DNA from: a virus
Taxonomy: Duplodnaviria; Caudoviricetes
Virus record (IMG/VR): IMGVR_UViG_3300011616_000001
Coordinates: 1 to 64,000 of that record
DNA length: 64,000 bases
Direction: 5' to 3' (one strand)
The translations under genes were made by a program, and so were the position numbers. This document shows positions 7,804-17,783 of this stretch, in pieces. The notes under the pieces were generated by a model. It ran no database searches. It was not told the origin of the DNA and worked only from the letters and a program-made list of their open reading frames with translations. Numbering within the stretch: the stretch's first letter is position 1; each line of letters starts with the position of its first letter.

Positions 7804-9500
7804 TGGCCGGTAAACGGATCAATTACCCATTGGCTTATAATCCCATCCTTGAATACTGGAACCTGATTGAGAGCGGCAAGGAAGTTGTCAGCAGGAAGAT
7901 ATACGTATGGTATCAGTATCTGGCGATTCAGGCAAATAATCCGGGTGAGTATTTTTATAGTCCGGCCAGAGCCAACCATGTATTGGAGTTTGCGGAGAAT
8001 TACTGCAAGCTGTCCAAGGGTGCCGGTGCTGGAAAAGCAGTGCAGCTTGAATTATGGGAAAAAGCACACCTGGCGGCGGTGTTTGGATTTGTAGACATTA
8101 ATGGGTATCGTCAGTGCCGGGAATCGGTGCTGATCGTTGGTAAGAAAAACGGTAAGTCTCTGCTGGCATCCATTGTAGGATTATATATGCTTGTCGGAGA
8201 TGGAGAGCCGGGGCCGGAAGTATACGCGGTCGCTACTAAAAAGGATCAGGCGAAAATCATCTGGAATGAATCAAAACGGATGGTCCGCAAATCACCGGCA
8301 TTGCTTAAGAGAATTAAACCGCTGGTGGCAGAACTATCAAGCGAACTTTACAATGATGGCACGTTTAAGCCGTTGGCATCTGACAGCGATACACTTGACG
8401 GCCTGAATGTCCATTGCGTGTTGATGGATGAAATCCACCAATGGAAAAACGGGAAAGCCTTGTATGATATTATGGCAGATGGCGTTACTGCCAGAGATCA
8501 ACCGCTTATTTATATTACATCAACTGCCGGGACTGTCCGGGAAGATATTTATGATGATAAATACGATGAGGCGGAACGGGTGATTAACGGCCTGTTTGAT
8601 GAGGTGGGATACAAAGATCCACATTTCTATCCATTCATTTATGAGCTTGACAGCCGGAAGGAATGGACGGACCCGGACAGCTGGAAGAAAGCAAATCCCG
8701 GACTTGGAACCATAAAGAAACTGGATACCCTGGCATCCAAGGTGTCAAAGGCAAAAGAAAACCCAAAGCTGGTTAAAAATCTTGTATGCAAAGAGTTTAA
8801 TATCCGAGAAACATCATCAGAAGCATGGCTGACATTTGAACAATTAAATAATACGCTCCTTTTTGATTTGGAGCAGTTAAAACCGAGGTATGGAATCGGC
8901 GGGTGCGATTTATCCAGCACAACCGATCTGACAAATGCCACGGTTATTTTTATGGTTCCGGGAGATGAAAACATCTATGTGCTACAAATGTACTGGTTGC
9001 CGGAGGACTTATTAGAGCAGCGTGTCCGGGAAGATAAGATACCATATGATTTATGGGCGGAGCAACAGCTGCTTAGAACCTGTCCGGGTAACAAAGTCCA
9101 TTATAAGTATGTGAAGGAATGGTATGAAGAGGTTCAGAACGAACTTGATATCTACCTGTTTAAATGTGGGTATGACAGCTGGTCAGCTACCTACTTTGTC
9201 GAAGATATGAAAAATGCATTCGGCCCGGTGGTGATGGAGCCAGTTATTCAGGGAAAGAAAACCTTGTCAAGTCCGATGAAATCTTTAGGCGCTGATCTGG
9301 AACGAAAGAAGATTATTTACAATAATAATCCAATCCTTAAATGGTGTTTGGCGAATACTTCCGTGGATATTGACCGGAATGATAACATTCAGCCCTGTAA
9401 AGGTAACTTGGGAACCAGACGAATAGACGGACTGGCCGGACTTTTGGATGCTTATGTGATCCTTGAAAACAATCTGGAAGAGTATTTATCAATGATATAG
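7803..9500 (+). CDS. terL: Terminase large subunit
   Basis: Walker A GKKNGKS, Walker B MDEIH, nuclease DLS and RIDG motifs. Confidence 0.95.
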   Translation: MAGKRINYPLAYNPILEYWNLIESGKEVVSRKIYVWYQYLAIQANNPGEYFYSPARANHVLEFAENYCKLSKGAGAGKAVQLELWEKAHLAAVFGFVDINGYRQCRESVLIVGKKNGKSLLASIVGLYMLVGDGEPGPEVYAVATKKDQAKIIWNESKRMVRKSPALLKRIKPLVAELSSELYNDGTFKPLASDSDTLDGLNVHCVLMDEIHQWKNGKALYDIMADGVTARDQPLIYITSTAGTVREDIYDDKYDEAERVINGLFDEVGYKDPHFYPFIYELDSRKEWTDPDSWKKANPGLGTIKKLDTLASKVSKAKENPKLVKNLVCKEFNIRETSSEAWLTFEQLNNTLLFDLEQLKPRYGIGGCDLSSTTDLTNATVIFMVPGDENIYVLQMYWLPEDLLEQRVREDKIPYDLWAEQQLLRTCPGNKVHYKYVKEWYEEVQNELDIYLFKCGYDSWSATYFVEDMKNAFGPVVMEPVIQGKKTLSSPMKSLGADLERKKIIYNNNPILKWCLANTSVDIDRNDNIQPCKGNLGTRRIDGLAGLLDAYVILENNLEEYLSMI

Positions 9501-9513
9501 AAAGGAGGGAGAA

Positions 9514-10695
9514 ATGGGATTATTTAAACGAAACCTGAAACAGCAAAATGCAACAGAACAGGCAGTCTACCGTATGGTAACAGAAGTTGGGAATGGCTTT
9601 TATGCCTGGAACGGAAAACTATATCAGTCGGATATTATCCGTGCCTGTATCAAGCCGAAAACAAAGGCAATCGGAAAAATGGTTGCGAAACATATCCGAA
9701 CAACGGTCAAAGATGATGAGACACAGATTGAAGTAAATCCTCAGCCGTATATCCGCTTTCTGCTGGAAGAACCAAACCAGTTTATGACCGGACAGATGAT
9801 GCAGGAAAAAGTAGCGAACCAACTTGCCCTAAACGGCAACGCATTCATATTGATTATCCGGGATTCATTTGGTTATCCATGTGGATTATATCCGATTCCG
9901 GCGACAAGCGTAGAAGCGAAATATGATGATCAGAATGAACTGCACCTTAAGTTTTATTATCCAAACGGTAAATGGTCACAGTTTCCATATACAGAGATCA
10001 TACACATTCGTGATGATTACGTGGATAATGATATTTTCGGGGAATCACCGGCACTTGCCTTAACGCAGCTTATGAATGTTGTCACAACCATCGATCAGGG
10101 CATAGTAAATGCCATAAAAAATAGTGGCATTATCCGCTGGCTGCTTAAGTTTTCCGCTTCTATGCGTGACGAAGATCTGAAAGTAAGGGCGCAGGAATTT
10201 GCAAGCAATTATTTATCCCTGTCCTCTGGCAATCTGGGGGTTGCTGCCGTGGATGCAAAGGCAGAGGCAACGCAGATTACATCCAGTGATTATGTGCCGA
10301 ATGCAGCGCAGATGGATAAGCAGACCAAACGGATCTATGCTTTTTTTAATACCAACGAAAAGATCGTCCAGTCAAGTTACGGGGAAAACGAATGGATCTC
10401 TTACTATGAACAATGTATAGAGCCGGTTGGTACACAGATGTCGAATGAGTACAGCAGAAAGCTATTTACCCGCAGAGAGCGCGGATGTGGCAATCAGATT
10501 ATTTTTGAATCAAGCAACCTGACATTTGCCAGCATGTCAACCAAGCTTGGTCTGGTTGCTTTCGTTGACCGCCGGATATTAACACCTAATGATGTACGCC
10601 GGTGCTTAAATATGGCACCGCTTCCAGGTGGAGATACTCCGCTGCTTAGAAAAGATACTGGCGTTGCTGGTGAAGGAGGTGAAACAAATGAATGA
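9514..10695 (+). CDS. HK97-family portal protein
   Basis: Follows TerL; GNAF, IIHIR, TPNDVR. Confidence 0.92.
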   Translation: MGLFKRNLKQQNATEQAVYRMVTEVGNGFYAWNGKLYQSDIIRACIKPKTKAIGKMVAKHIRTTVKDDETQIEVNPQPYIRFLLEEPNQFMTGQMMQEKVANQLALNGNAFILIIRDSFGYPCGLYPIPATSVEAKYDDQNELHLKFYYPNGKWSQFPYTEIIHIRDDYVDNDIFGESPALALTQLMNVVTTIDQGIVNAIKNSGIIRWLLKFSASMRDEDLKVRAQEFASNYLSLSSGNLGVAAVDAKAEATQITSSDYVPNAAQMDKQTKRIYAFFNTNEKIVQSSYGENEWISYYEQCIEPVGTQMSNEYSRKLFTRRERGCGNQIIFESSNLTFASMSTKLGLVAFVDRRILTPNDVRRCLNMAPLPGGDTPLLRKDTGVAGEGGETNE

Positions 10696-11404
10696 GATTA
10701 TGCTGTCAGGAACGATTGTGCCAAACAATGATAAATGGATTTATGAATATTTTGAAATTGATGCAACATGCCCGGCTGATATACGGCAAGCGTTAAAGGC
10801 CGCAGCTGGTCAGCCGGTGACAATACAGGTGAATTCTGGTGGTGGGGATCTGGTTGCCGGTAATGAGATGTATTATCTGCTTGCAACCCATGAAGGGACA
10901 GTTACGGTTGATGTAATCTACGCCGCTTCGGCTGCAACCGTAGTATGCTGTGGTGCTGATTGCGTCCGCGCCATTCCAAGTGTACAATACATGATCCATA
11001 ACGTTAGTGCGACCGGCAGCGGTGATTACAGGGTAATGGATCACATGTCAGACCTGCTTAAAAACGCAAATAGAACAATCTCGAATGCGTACCGGCTGAA
11101 AACCGGCATGACGGAAAACGAATTGCTTGAACTAATGAACCGCGAAACCTATCTGGATGCCACCAAAGCAAAAGAATACGGGTTTGTGGATGAAATCATA
11201 GGCGATAATGGTGTGCTTGCAACACAGATCAATATGTACAATTCAACCGCACACATTTTAAGTGAAGAAGTGAAACAGAAAATCAGGAATAGTGTAGGAA
11301 ATCCGGGAAGCCAGAATCAGACGGCGGACCCGGATTTTTTAATAGCAACAGAAAAACTAAATCTTTTAAAAATGAAAGGAGCAATACATTATGAAATTTA
11401 TTAA
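10688..11404 (+). CDS. ClpP-like prohead protease
   Basis: NSGGGD, AASAAT (Ser), MIHN (His), A.EYGFVDEI; ATG 10688. Confidence 0.92.
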   Translation: MNEIMLSGTIVPNNDKWIYEYFEIDATCPADIRQALKAAAGQPVTIQVNSGGGDLVAGNEMYYLLATHEGTVTVDVIYAASAATVVCCGADCVRAIPSVQYMIHNVSATGSGDYRVMDHMSDLLKNANRTISNAYRLKTGMTENELLELMNRETYLDATKAKEYGFVDEIIGDNGVLATQINMYNSTAHILSEEVKQKIRNSVGNPGSQNQTADPDFLIATEKLNLLKMKGAIHYEIY

Positions 11405-12572
11405 TTTTGAGGATTACAAACAGCAGAGAGATGCATTAATCAATGAGGCACAGACCCATCTTACCAATGGTGATATGGATGCCTATAAGGCGGCAGTGAC
11501 ATCTGTGGAAAATATGGATACCGCATATGAACAGATCGCGCAGGAACGGGCAAACCTGACGGCATTACAGGGCGCAGTAAACCCACCGGCAATTGGAACT
11601 ATGGGAACGGTAAATGTAGGCCAGACACAAACAGATGGTGACATGGAATACCGCAAAGCTTTTATGAACTATGTCATGACCGGCACACCGATCCAGATGA
11701 CGAATGCAGATGCCAATACCATGACTGAGGATGTGGGGGCTGTTATTCCAAATACGATCATGAACCGTATTGTTGAGAAGATGGAAAAAGCTGGTAACAT
11801 TCTGGCAAGGGTAACCCCTACCTACTACAAAGGAGGCGTGACAGTTCCTACCTCATCGGCTAAACCAACTGCAACCTGGACAACGGAAAGCGGCACTACG
11901 GATAAACAGAAAAAACCGACCGGTTCCATTGTTTTCAGTTACTACAAACTGAAAGTGCAGGTGTCCGTATCTATTATGGTTGCGAATGTGACCATGGATA
12001 TTTTTGAATCCACACTGGCTAACAATATTTCAGAAGCCATTATTAAAGCACTGGAAACTGCTATTATCAAAGGAACTGGTATTGGTCAGCCTAAGGGCGT
12101 GTTGGCAGAAGAACCGATCGCTGATCAGGTGGTATCAATTACAGTAGGTAACAAGATTACCTGGGATATTCTTTGTGAAGCAGAAGGAAAACTTCCAGCT
12201 GCATATGATAATGCGGTTTGGTGCATGAACAAAAAAACATTTATGAGCCAGATTTGGGGGATGGTTGATACAACCGGACAGCCGATTGCACGTGTGAATG
12301 CCGGAACCAGCGGAAAGCCGGAATATTCCATTCTGGGCCGTCCGGTTGAATTTAGCGAGGATGTAAAAGCCTTTGTAATTAACATTGATGCAGAGGACAC
12401 CGTAGCATTTATTTTCCGCTTTGAGGATTACATGCTCAACACAAACATGAACGTGACCATTACCAGATATACAGATCATGATACCGATGATGAGATTACC
12501 AAAGCAATCATGCTGGCAGACGGAAAGGTGATTGATAAGAATTCTCTGGTGGTTCTGAAAGGAAAAAACTAA
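11391..12572 (+). CDS. HK97-family major capsid protein
   Basis: Coiled-coil N-terminal domain; GTGIGQPKG; position. Confidence 0.92.
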   Translation: MKFINFEDYKQQRDALINEAQTHLTNGDMDAYKAAVTSVENMDTAYEQIAQERANLTALQGAVNPPAIGTMGTVNVGQTQTDGDMEYRKAFMNYVMTGTPIQMTNADANTMTEDVGAVIPNTIMNRIVEKMEKAGNILARVTPTYYKGGVTVPTSSAKPTATWTTESGTTDKQKKPTGSIVFSYYKLKVQVSVSIMVANVTMDIFESTLANNISEAIIKALETAIIKGTGIGQPKGVLAEEPIADQVVSITVGNKITWDILCEAEGKLPAAYDNAVWCMNKKTFMSQIWGMVDTTGQPIARVNAGTSGKPEYSILGRPVEFSEDVKAFVINIDAEDTVAFIFRFEDYMLNTNMNVTITRYTDHDTDDEITKAIMLADGKVIDKNSLVVLKGKN

Positions 12573-12733
12573 TAACCGCTGATACCACAACAACATATAC
12601 CAGTGAGATCCTATCTGAAATGACTATATCGCAGATCAAGGATCTTGCTGGTGAGTTGGGTTATCGTATCAGCGGAAGTACAAAAGCTGTCCTTATCAAC
12701 AGTTTCCTGACAGAGCAGGGAGGTGTAACATGA
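12563..12733 (+). CDS. -1 frameshift extension of the capsid protein (54 aa, HeH/SAP/Rho-N-like)
   Basis: Slippery A AAA AAC 12563-12569 before the stop; -1 frame open to TGA 12731-12733. Confidence 0.7.
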   Translation, partial: KKLITADTTTTYTSEILSEMTISQIKDLAGELGYRISGSTKAVLINSFLTEQGGVT

Positions 12734-13011
12734 TCACGGCCGCAGAGATTAAGGGCATGTTAAGAATATCCCATGATGCCCTGAACAAAGAAATTGAAGG
12801 GAATATAGCAACTTGCCTTCTGGACATTGCCCGTGTTGGTGTTGATGAATCTAAGGACACGAAACTCCTAGACAAAGCATGTGAGTTATATTGTAAATGG
12901 CAGTTCGACTTTGAAGGTAAGGGCGACCGATACCAAAAGAACTATGAGCAGCTACGGGATTCTATGAGTTTAGCGGGGGTATACCGATGTACAACGAACA
13001 AATCAGTTTAA
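12730..13011 (+). CDS. Head-tail connector (gp6-like)
   Basis: Size, position and GGAGG SD. Confidence 0.75.
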   Translation: MITAAEIKGMLRISHDALNKEIEGNIATCLLDIARVGVDESKDTKLLDKACELYCKWQFDFEGKGDRYQKNYEQLRDSMSLAGVYRCTTNKSV

Positions 13012-13298
13012 TTTCAGAAGAAAAAAAAGTGAATGACTATGGCGATATGGTTACGAACCGCACAGAGCGCATGGTATATGTCGAAGTAAAAAGCATAGGA
13101 ACAACCGAATTTTACCAGGCTCAGGCGGTCGGAAAGAAGCCAGAAATCAAATTTAAGATTGCTGACTATCTGGACTACAAAGGTGAGAAGACGTTGCTAT
13201 ATGCGCCGTTTGGTGCGGAATGTGAAGAATATTCGATTATCCGCACCTATCGTAATGGCAGAGAACTGGAAATTACCTGTAAGCGGGGTGTTGATTAA
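12987..13298 (+). CDS. Head closure/adaptor protein
   Basis: KSIGTTEFYQAQAVG...YSIIRTY; position. Confidence 0.8.
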   Translation: MYNEQISLISEEKKVNDYGDMVTNRTERMVYVEVKSIGTTEFYQAQAVGKKPEIKFKIADYLDYKGEKTLLYAPFGAECEEYSIIRTYRNGRELEITCKRGVD

Positions 13299-13753
13299 TG
13301 GGATTACCAAAATCAGTAATAAAACTAAGCAAAAAAGGTGTGGAATACACATCCAGTTGTGACAGGGCTGAATACACCATAACAGAACTGACCCGCGCCG
13401 CCTTACGTGATGTTGGAAAATTCCTGTGCCGCAGATGTAACGAAAAGGCTCAGAAACTTCCTGGCCTTGCCAGATCCAGACGTGTGAGAGGTGGAAAATC
13501 GGCATTCCAGTATTGGGCCAGAAAACAGGAGTGTGATTTACAGGTCGGAATCAAACACGATACCTGGTACGGAGTTGCTCAGGAGCTTGGAACGTCCAAG
13601 CAGCCAAAGCGGTCTATCCTTACCAGTACGGCACATGAAAACGTGGCAGAAATCATCAAAATCGAAAGTCAGTATTTAAGTGCACTGGAAGACGAAGCGG
13701 CAGCACTGGCAATGATCAGTGAAGAAGAATACCAGGGGGGCGCAGATGAGTAG
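13298..13753 (+). CDS. Neck/tail completion protein (HK97 gp10-like)
   Basis: QELGTSKQPK motif; position. Confidence 0.7.
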   Translation: MGLPKSVIKLSKKGVEYTSSCDRAEYTITELTRAALRDVGKFLCRRCNEKAQKLPGLARSRRVRGGKSAFQYWARKQECDLQVGIKHDTWYGVAQELGTSKQPKRSILTSTAHENVAEIIKIESQYLSALEDEAAALAMISEEEYQGGADE

Positions 13754-14123
13754 AACAAACGATTTGCGGAAGTTTGTAAAGGCAAGGCTCAATACGGTCT
13801 GTCCAAATGTGTATTACGAAACGGCAAACAATGAAAAAATGTATCCACACATTGTATTTGATTTTGGCAGTATCAATACGGGAGATTTAAGCAGAGCCGA
13901 TTTTTATATGGATATTGATATCTGGGACAAAGGAGATTCGGCAGTTCTGATCGAGGATTTAGCGGATCAGGTGGAAGATTTGTTTCACCGGCAGAATCTT
14001 CCCCAGGAAACAATCCTGCCAACATGTTACCTGATAGATCGAAAGGTGGTACCGGATGAAGATAAGAAAATCCGGCACCGCCTGATTCGCGTACAGGTAC
14101 AAAATTATGAAAGGAAGGTGTAG
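13746..14123 (+). CDS. Tail terminator
   Basis: YPHIVF, MDIDIWD; position. Confidence 0.7.
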   Translation: MSRTNDLRKFVKARLNTVCPNVYYETANNEKMYPHIVFDFGSINTGDLSRADFYMDIDIWDKGDSAVLIEDLADQVEDLFHRQNLPQETILPTCYLIDRKVVPDEDKKIRHRLIRVQVQNYERKV

Positions 14124-14126
14124 GAA

Positions 14127-14633
14127 ATGAAATACAGATCAACCGGCGAAATAACCGCCGCAGATTATAAACACTGTAAGTATGTCGGAGTGACAAAGGC
14201 CGGGAAAGCAATAACTATTGATATTCCCTGTGCACTCAATATGGGGAACATCGACTGGACGTTTGCAGAGAAAGACGATACGGTAGCGGAGATTGTGCTG
14301 ACTGCTGTCTATGACAATACCGATCAGGCCGCAACGAGCAAGGCAGCTCCATATACAATTGAAATTGAGGGCGGATTAACCAAGGGGGCATCCGAAATTC
14401 TCACAGGCGTGGGACTGTTCTACATTGATGATGTGGAAGTAGCTTTGACCAGGGGCGGCGGTAAGTTTTCTTCTGAACGGGAGTTTCGGGAAATCAACGC
14501 GGACGGCGACCGGGGGCCGGTAAAAGACAGGATTGTGATTGATGCAGAGCGGGCAACGCTGACGCTTAACACATTGCAGATATTAACCAATATCACAAGC
14601 CTCTACCCGGCTATGGAAACCGCAACTGAATAA
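14127..14633 (+). CDS. Major tail tube protein (apparently circularly permuted)
   Basis: TRGGG.F...REI.ADG..G motif; position before TAC. Confidence 0.75.
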   Translation: MKYRSTGEITAADYKHCKYVGVTKAGKAITIDIPCALNMGNIDWTFAEKDDTVAEIVLTAVYDNTDQAATSKAAPYTIEIEGGLTKGASEILTGVGLFYIDDVEVALTRGGGKFSSEREFREINADGDRGPVKDRIVIDAERATLTLNTLQILTNITSLYPAMETATE

Positions 14634-14685
14634 CGATTAAACAGAGATCTTCCATTTGGGAGGTCTTAATTTTTGGAGGTAAAGA

Positions 14686-15015
14686 ATGAGGAAATTACAG
14701 GCATCGGATATTTTTAGCTTTTGCAGACTTTTAAAAGTCCTGAATCTGAAAGAAGAGTTAAAGCAGATGGCAAAGAATGCTACCGGCGCAGATGCGTGGG
14801 ACACCGGATTTGAGGTTATTTATACCGTATTTGAAAAAGCAACATTAGAGAAATCAGAACAGGCGGTATATGCCTTTTTAGCCGGTATCTTTGAACTGGA
14901 TATAAAAGAAATTGCACAGATGGACCCGGTTGATTTAATGGCCGGGATTACAGAGGCAGCAACACCGGAGAAGTGGCGGGCCTTTTTTACACGTGCAGCG
15001 GGTTTGATGAAGTAA
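14686..15015 (+). CDS. Tail assembly chaperone (G-like)
   Basis: Between tail tube and TMP; GGAGG SD. Confidence 0.7.
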   Translation: MRKLQASDIFSFCRLLKVLNLKEELKQMAKNATGADAWDTGFEVIYTVFEKATLEKSEQAVYAFLAGIFELDIKEIAQMDPVDLMAGITEAATPEKWRAFFTRAAGLMK

Positions 15016-15311
15016 AAATCAAAGAACTGCTGCTACGAAGATACCACAATTATGAAGTGATTCTAAACATGGAATTGCTTGAGTTTTTAGAGTTTATCAA
15101 TTTTGCCAGTGAAAAGGAACTGGATGAAAAACTATATTTCCGGTGGTGCCTTGAATTGCCACACATGCAAAAGCGAATTTCCTATCAGGAGTATAAAGAT
15201 ATCCTGACCGGAAAGAACATTGACCGGCGACCGGCTGCAGAGATCATGGAAGAGATCAGGAACGCACATAAGCGCATGGGAAATGGGGTGAACATACATG
15301 GAAATATTTAA
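14982..15311 (+). CDS. Tail assembly chaperone T-like segment, probably reached by -1 frameshift
   Basis: Overlapping -1 frame with no SD; C TTT TTT at 14982-14988. Confidence 0.55.
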   Translation, partial: LFYTCSGFDEVKIKELLLRRYHNYEVILNMELLEFLEFINFASEKELDEKLYFRWCLELPHMQKRISYQEYKDILTGKNIDRRPAAEIMEEIRNAHKRMGNGVNIHGNI

Positions 15312-17091
15312 ACTGGTTGGTTCCATCTTTGTTGATTCCGCACAGGCAAACAGTAGTATACAGGCGACAGATAAAAGCGCGGAAGGGTTAGGCAGTCGTC
15401 TGGCATCCGGGATATCGACCGCTGCCAAGTTTGGCGCAGGATTAGTTGCCGCTGCCGGTGCCGGTGCGGCAGCTCTGGCCGGAATGGCGGTAAAGACGGC
15501 TGCTGTTACGGACAACATTGATAAGATGTCACAAAAGATTGGTATTAGCCGACAGGCGTATCAAGAACTTGATTTTATCTGTTCGCAGAGTGGTACGAGT
15601 GTTGATAACCTGAAAGCTGGTATCAAAACCCTGACAAACCAGATGCAGAGTGCTTCTGAGGGGAGTAAGACAGCGACCGCCGCTTTTGATGCCCTTGGAT
15701 TAAGCTGGGAAGATGGAAACGGAAAGTTAAAATCCCAGGAAGAAATGATGTGGGAAGCCATGTCTGCATTACAGGGCATGGACGATCAGACCCAGAAAGC
15801 AGCCCTTGCAGTAGATTTGTTTGGTAAGGCCGGTACAGAATTAATGCCGATGCTTAACGGGGCAGAGGGATCGATTGAAGCCATGAAGCAACAGGCCCAT
15901 GATTTGGGATTGGTTTTATCGGACGATGCCATAGATGCCGGAGTAGTGTTTACAGATACAGTGGATCAGGCCAAGCGGTCTTTGGAGGCGATTACGGTTA
16001 AGATCGGGGCGGGAGTTATGCCGATCTTCCAACAACTGCTTGATTGGGTAATGGTTAATATGCCGATGATTCAGGAAGTCATGACAACCGTATTTGGCGG
16101 CATTGAATTATTGGTAACAACGGTTGGGACTGTATTGCAAACAATCTTCCAAGGCTTTACATCTGCCGCCGAAGAAAGCGGAATCACATTTGAAACAGTA
16201 TTCGCTACGGTACAAAGCGTATTTGAGACAGTCTGCACCGTGTTACAGGATTTGTGGACTACGCTGGGACAGCCAATCTTTGATTCGATTATGCTGATTG
16301 TCGGTACGGTCGGAGATTACTTTGCTTCAAAGATGCCGGAAATGTCCCAATTTTTCACGCAGATGGTTACTGATATTTCTACCATCTGGGAAAATAACCT
16401 GAAACCATGCTTTGATGCAATCGGTCAGTTTATTCAGAACGTTCTGGCACCGGCGTTTGTCTTTGTCTTTGATACGGTGATTGCTCCGGCGGTTGATTCC
16501 GCATTTAAAGCGATTCAGACCTTATGGGAAGGCACGTTAAAGCCGGTATTTACTGGCATTACTGACTTTATTACAGGCGTGTTTACAGGTAACTGGCAGA
16601 TGGCCTTTGATGGTCTGTCCAGTATTGTTTCCGGTGCGTTTAATGGCATGATTACGCTTGCAAAGACACCGCTAAATACCATCATCGGAATTATTAACAA
16701 ATTTATTTCAAGAATCAATGGCATTCAGCTTCCTGATTGGGTTCCGGGTGTTGGTGGAAAGAGTGTTAATATATCAGAAATTCCGTTGCTTGCAAAAGGC
16801 GGTACCGCTCTTATGTCCGGTCAGGCGATTGTCGGTGATGCAGGGCCGGAGTTGATTGATTTGCCAGCTGGTGCAAAGGTAAGACCATTGTCGAGCAGTG
16901 ACAGTCTGCTGGGTGGTGGAGGACAGACAGAAGAACTATTAAGCCAGATGCTTGATCTGCTTGGTTCTTATCTTCCTAAGATGGGATCTGGACAGGTGGT
17001 ATTAGATACTGGTGTTGTTGCTGGGGCAATGACCCCGAAAGTTGATAAGAACTTAAATCGGTTTGAAACAGATGGAAAGCGAGGAAATTAA
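15298..17091 (+). CDS. Tape measure protein of prophage A (597 aa)
   Basis: Ala/Gly-rich helical sequence, C-terminal LAKGG...VGDAGPE motif. Confidence 0.9.
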   Translation: MEIFKLVGSIFVDSAQANSSIQATDKSAEGLGSRLASGISTAAKFGAGLVAAAGAGAAALAGMAVKTAAVTDNIDKMSQKIGISRQAYQELDFICSQSGTSVDNLKAGIKTLTNQMQSASEGSKTATAAFDALGLSWEDGNGKLKSQEEMMWEAMSALQGMDDQTQKAALAVDLFGKAGTELMPMLNGAEGSIEAMKQQAHDLGLVLSDDAIDAGVVFTDTVDQAKRSLEAITVKIGAGVMPIFQQLLDWVMVNMPMIQEVMTTVFGGIELLVTTVGTVLQTIFQGFTSAAEESGITFETVFATVQSVFETVCTVLQDLWTTLGQPIFDSIMLIVGTVGDYFASKMPEMSQFFTQMVTDISTIWENNLKPCFDAIGQFIQNVLAPAFVFVFDTVIAPAVDSAFKAIQTLWEGTLKPVFTGITDFITGVFTGNWQMAFDGLSSIVSGAFNGMITLAKTPLNTIIGIINKFISRINGIQLPDWVPGVGGKSVNISEIPLLAKGGTALMSGQAIVGDAGPELIDLPAGAKVRPLSSSDSLLGGGGQTEELLSQMLDLLGSYLPKMGSGQVVLDTGVVAGAMTPKVDKNLNRFETDGKRGN

Positions 17092-17783
17092 TGAACGGCA
17101 TTATGTTTGATGAATACCATTCTTACAATGATTTTGGTTTGATACTAACATCGGTGGCACTGCCGAACCCGGAAGCCAAGTTGTACGAGGTGGATATACC
17201 CGGTGCTGACGGTGCACTGGATCTTACCGAGGCATTCGGGGGAATCCGCTATAATCAGCGTATTTTAAATTTGTCCTTTGCTTTTACAAAGGGATACGCA
17301 TACCGATATACCCGTAACAGTCAGATCGCAAATCAGCTGCATGGTAAAAAAATGAAAATCATTATGGATGAAGACCCGGCCTTTTATTATCTTGGCCGGG
17401 TAAACTTTTCCGAGTGGGTAGTAGACAAAAGTCTTGGTATTCTGTCCTTTTCGATTACGGCAGATCCCTATAAGTATGAGCTGCTATCATCCACCGATGA
17501 TTGGTTATGGGACCCGTTTGATTTAGAAACGGGGATTATCCGTGGATATAAAGATATTGCTGTCAGTGGGACGACTGACGTTATCGTGATTGGATCGGAG
17601 AGACAGGTTGTTCCAACGATTATAACAAGTGCTGCCATGACAGTGACATTTGAGAGTAACACGTATTCCCTTGTTGCCGGATCAAATAAGATTTATGATA
17701 TTGAGATTCGGGATGGGGAATACACCCTGACCTTTACGGGAAATGGAACGGTGACAATTGAATTTACAGGAGGAAGCCTATAA
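17091..17783 (+). CDS. Distal tail protein (Dit)
   Basis: IPGADG.LD motif; follows TMP. Confidence 0.8.
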   Translation: MNGIMFDEYHSYNDFGLILTSVALPNPEAKLYEVDIPGADGALDLTEAFGGIRYNQRILNLSFAFTKGYAYRYTRNSQIANQLHGKKMKIIMDEDPAFYYLGRVNFSEWVVDKSLGILSFSITADPYKYELLSSTDDWLWDPFDLETGIIRGYKDIAVSGTTDVIVIGSERQVVPTIITSAAMTVTFESNTYSLVAGSNKIYDIEIRDGEYTLTFTGNGTVTIEFTGGSL

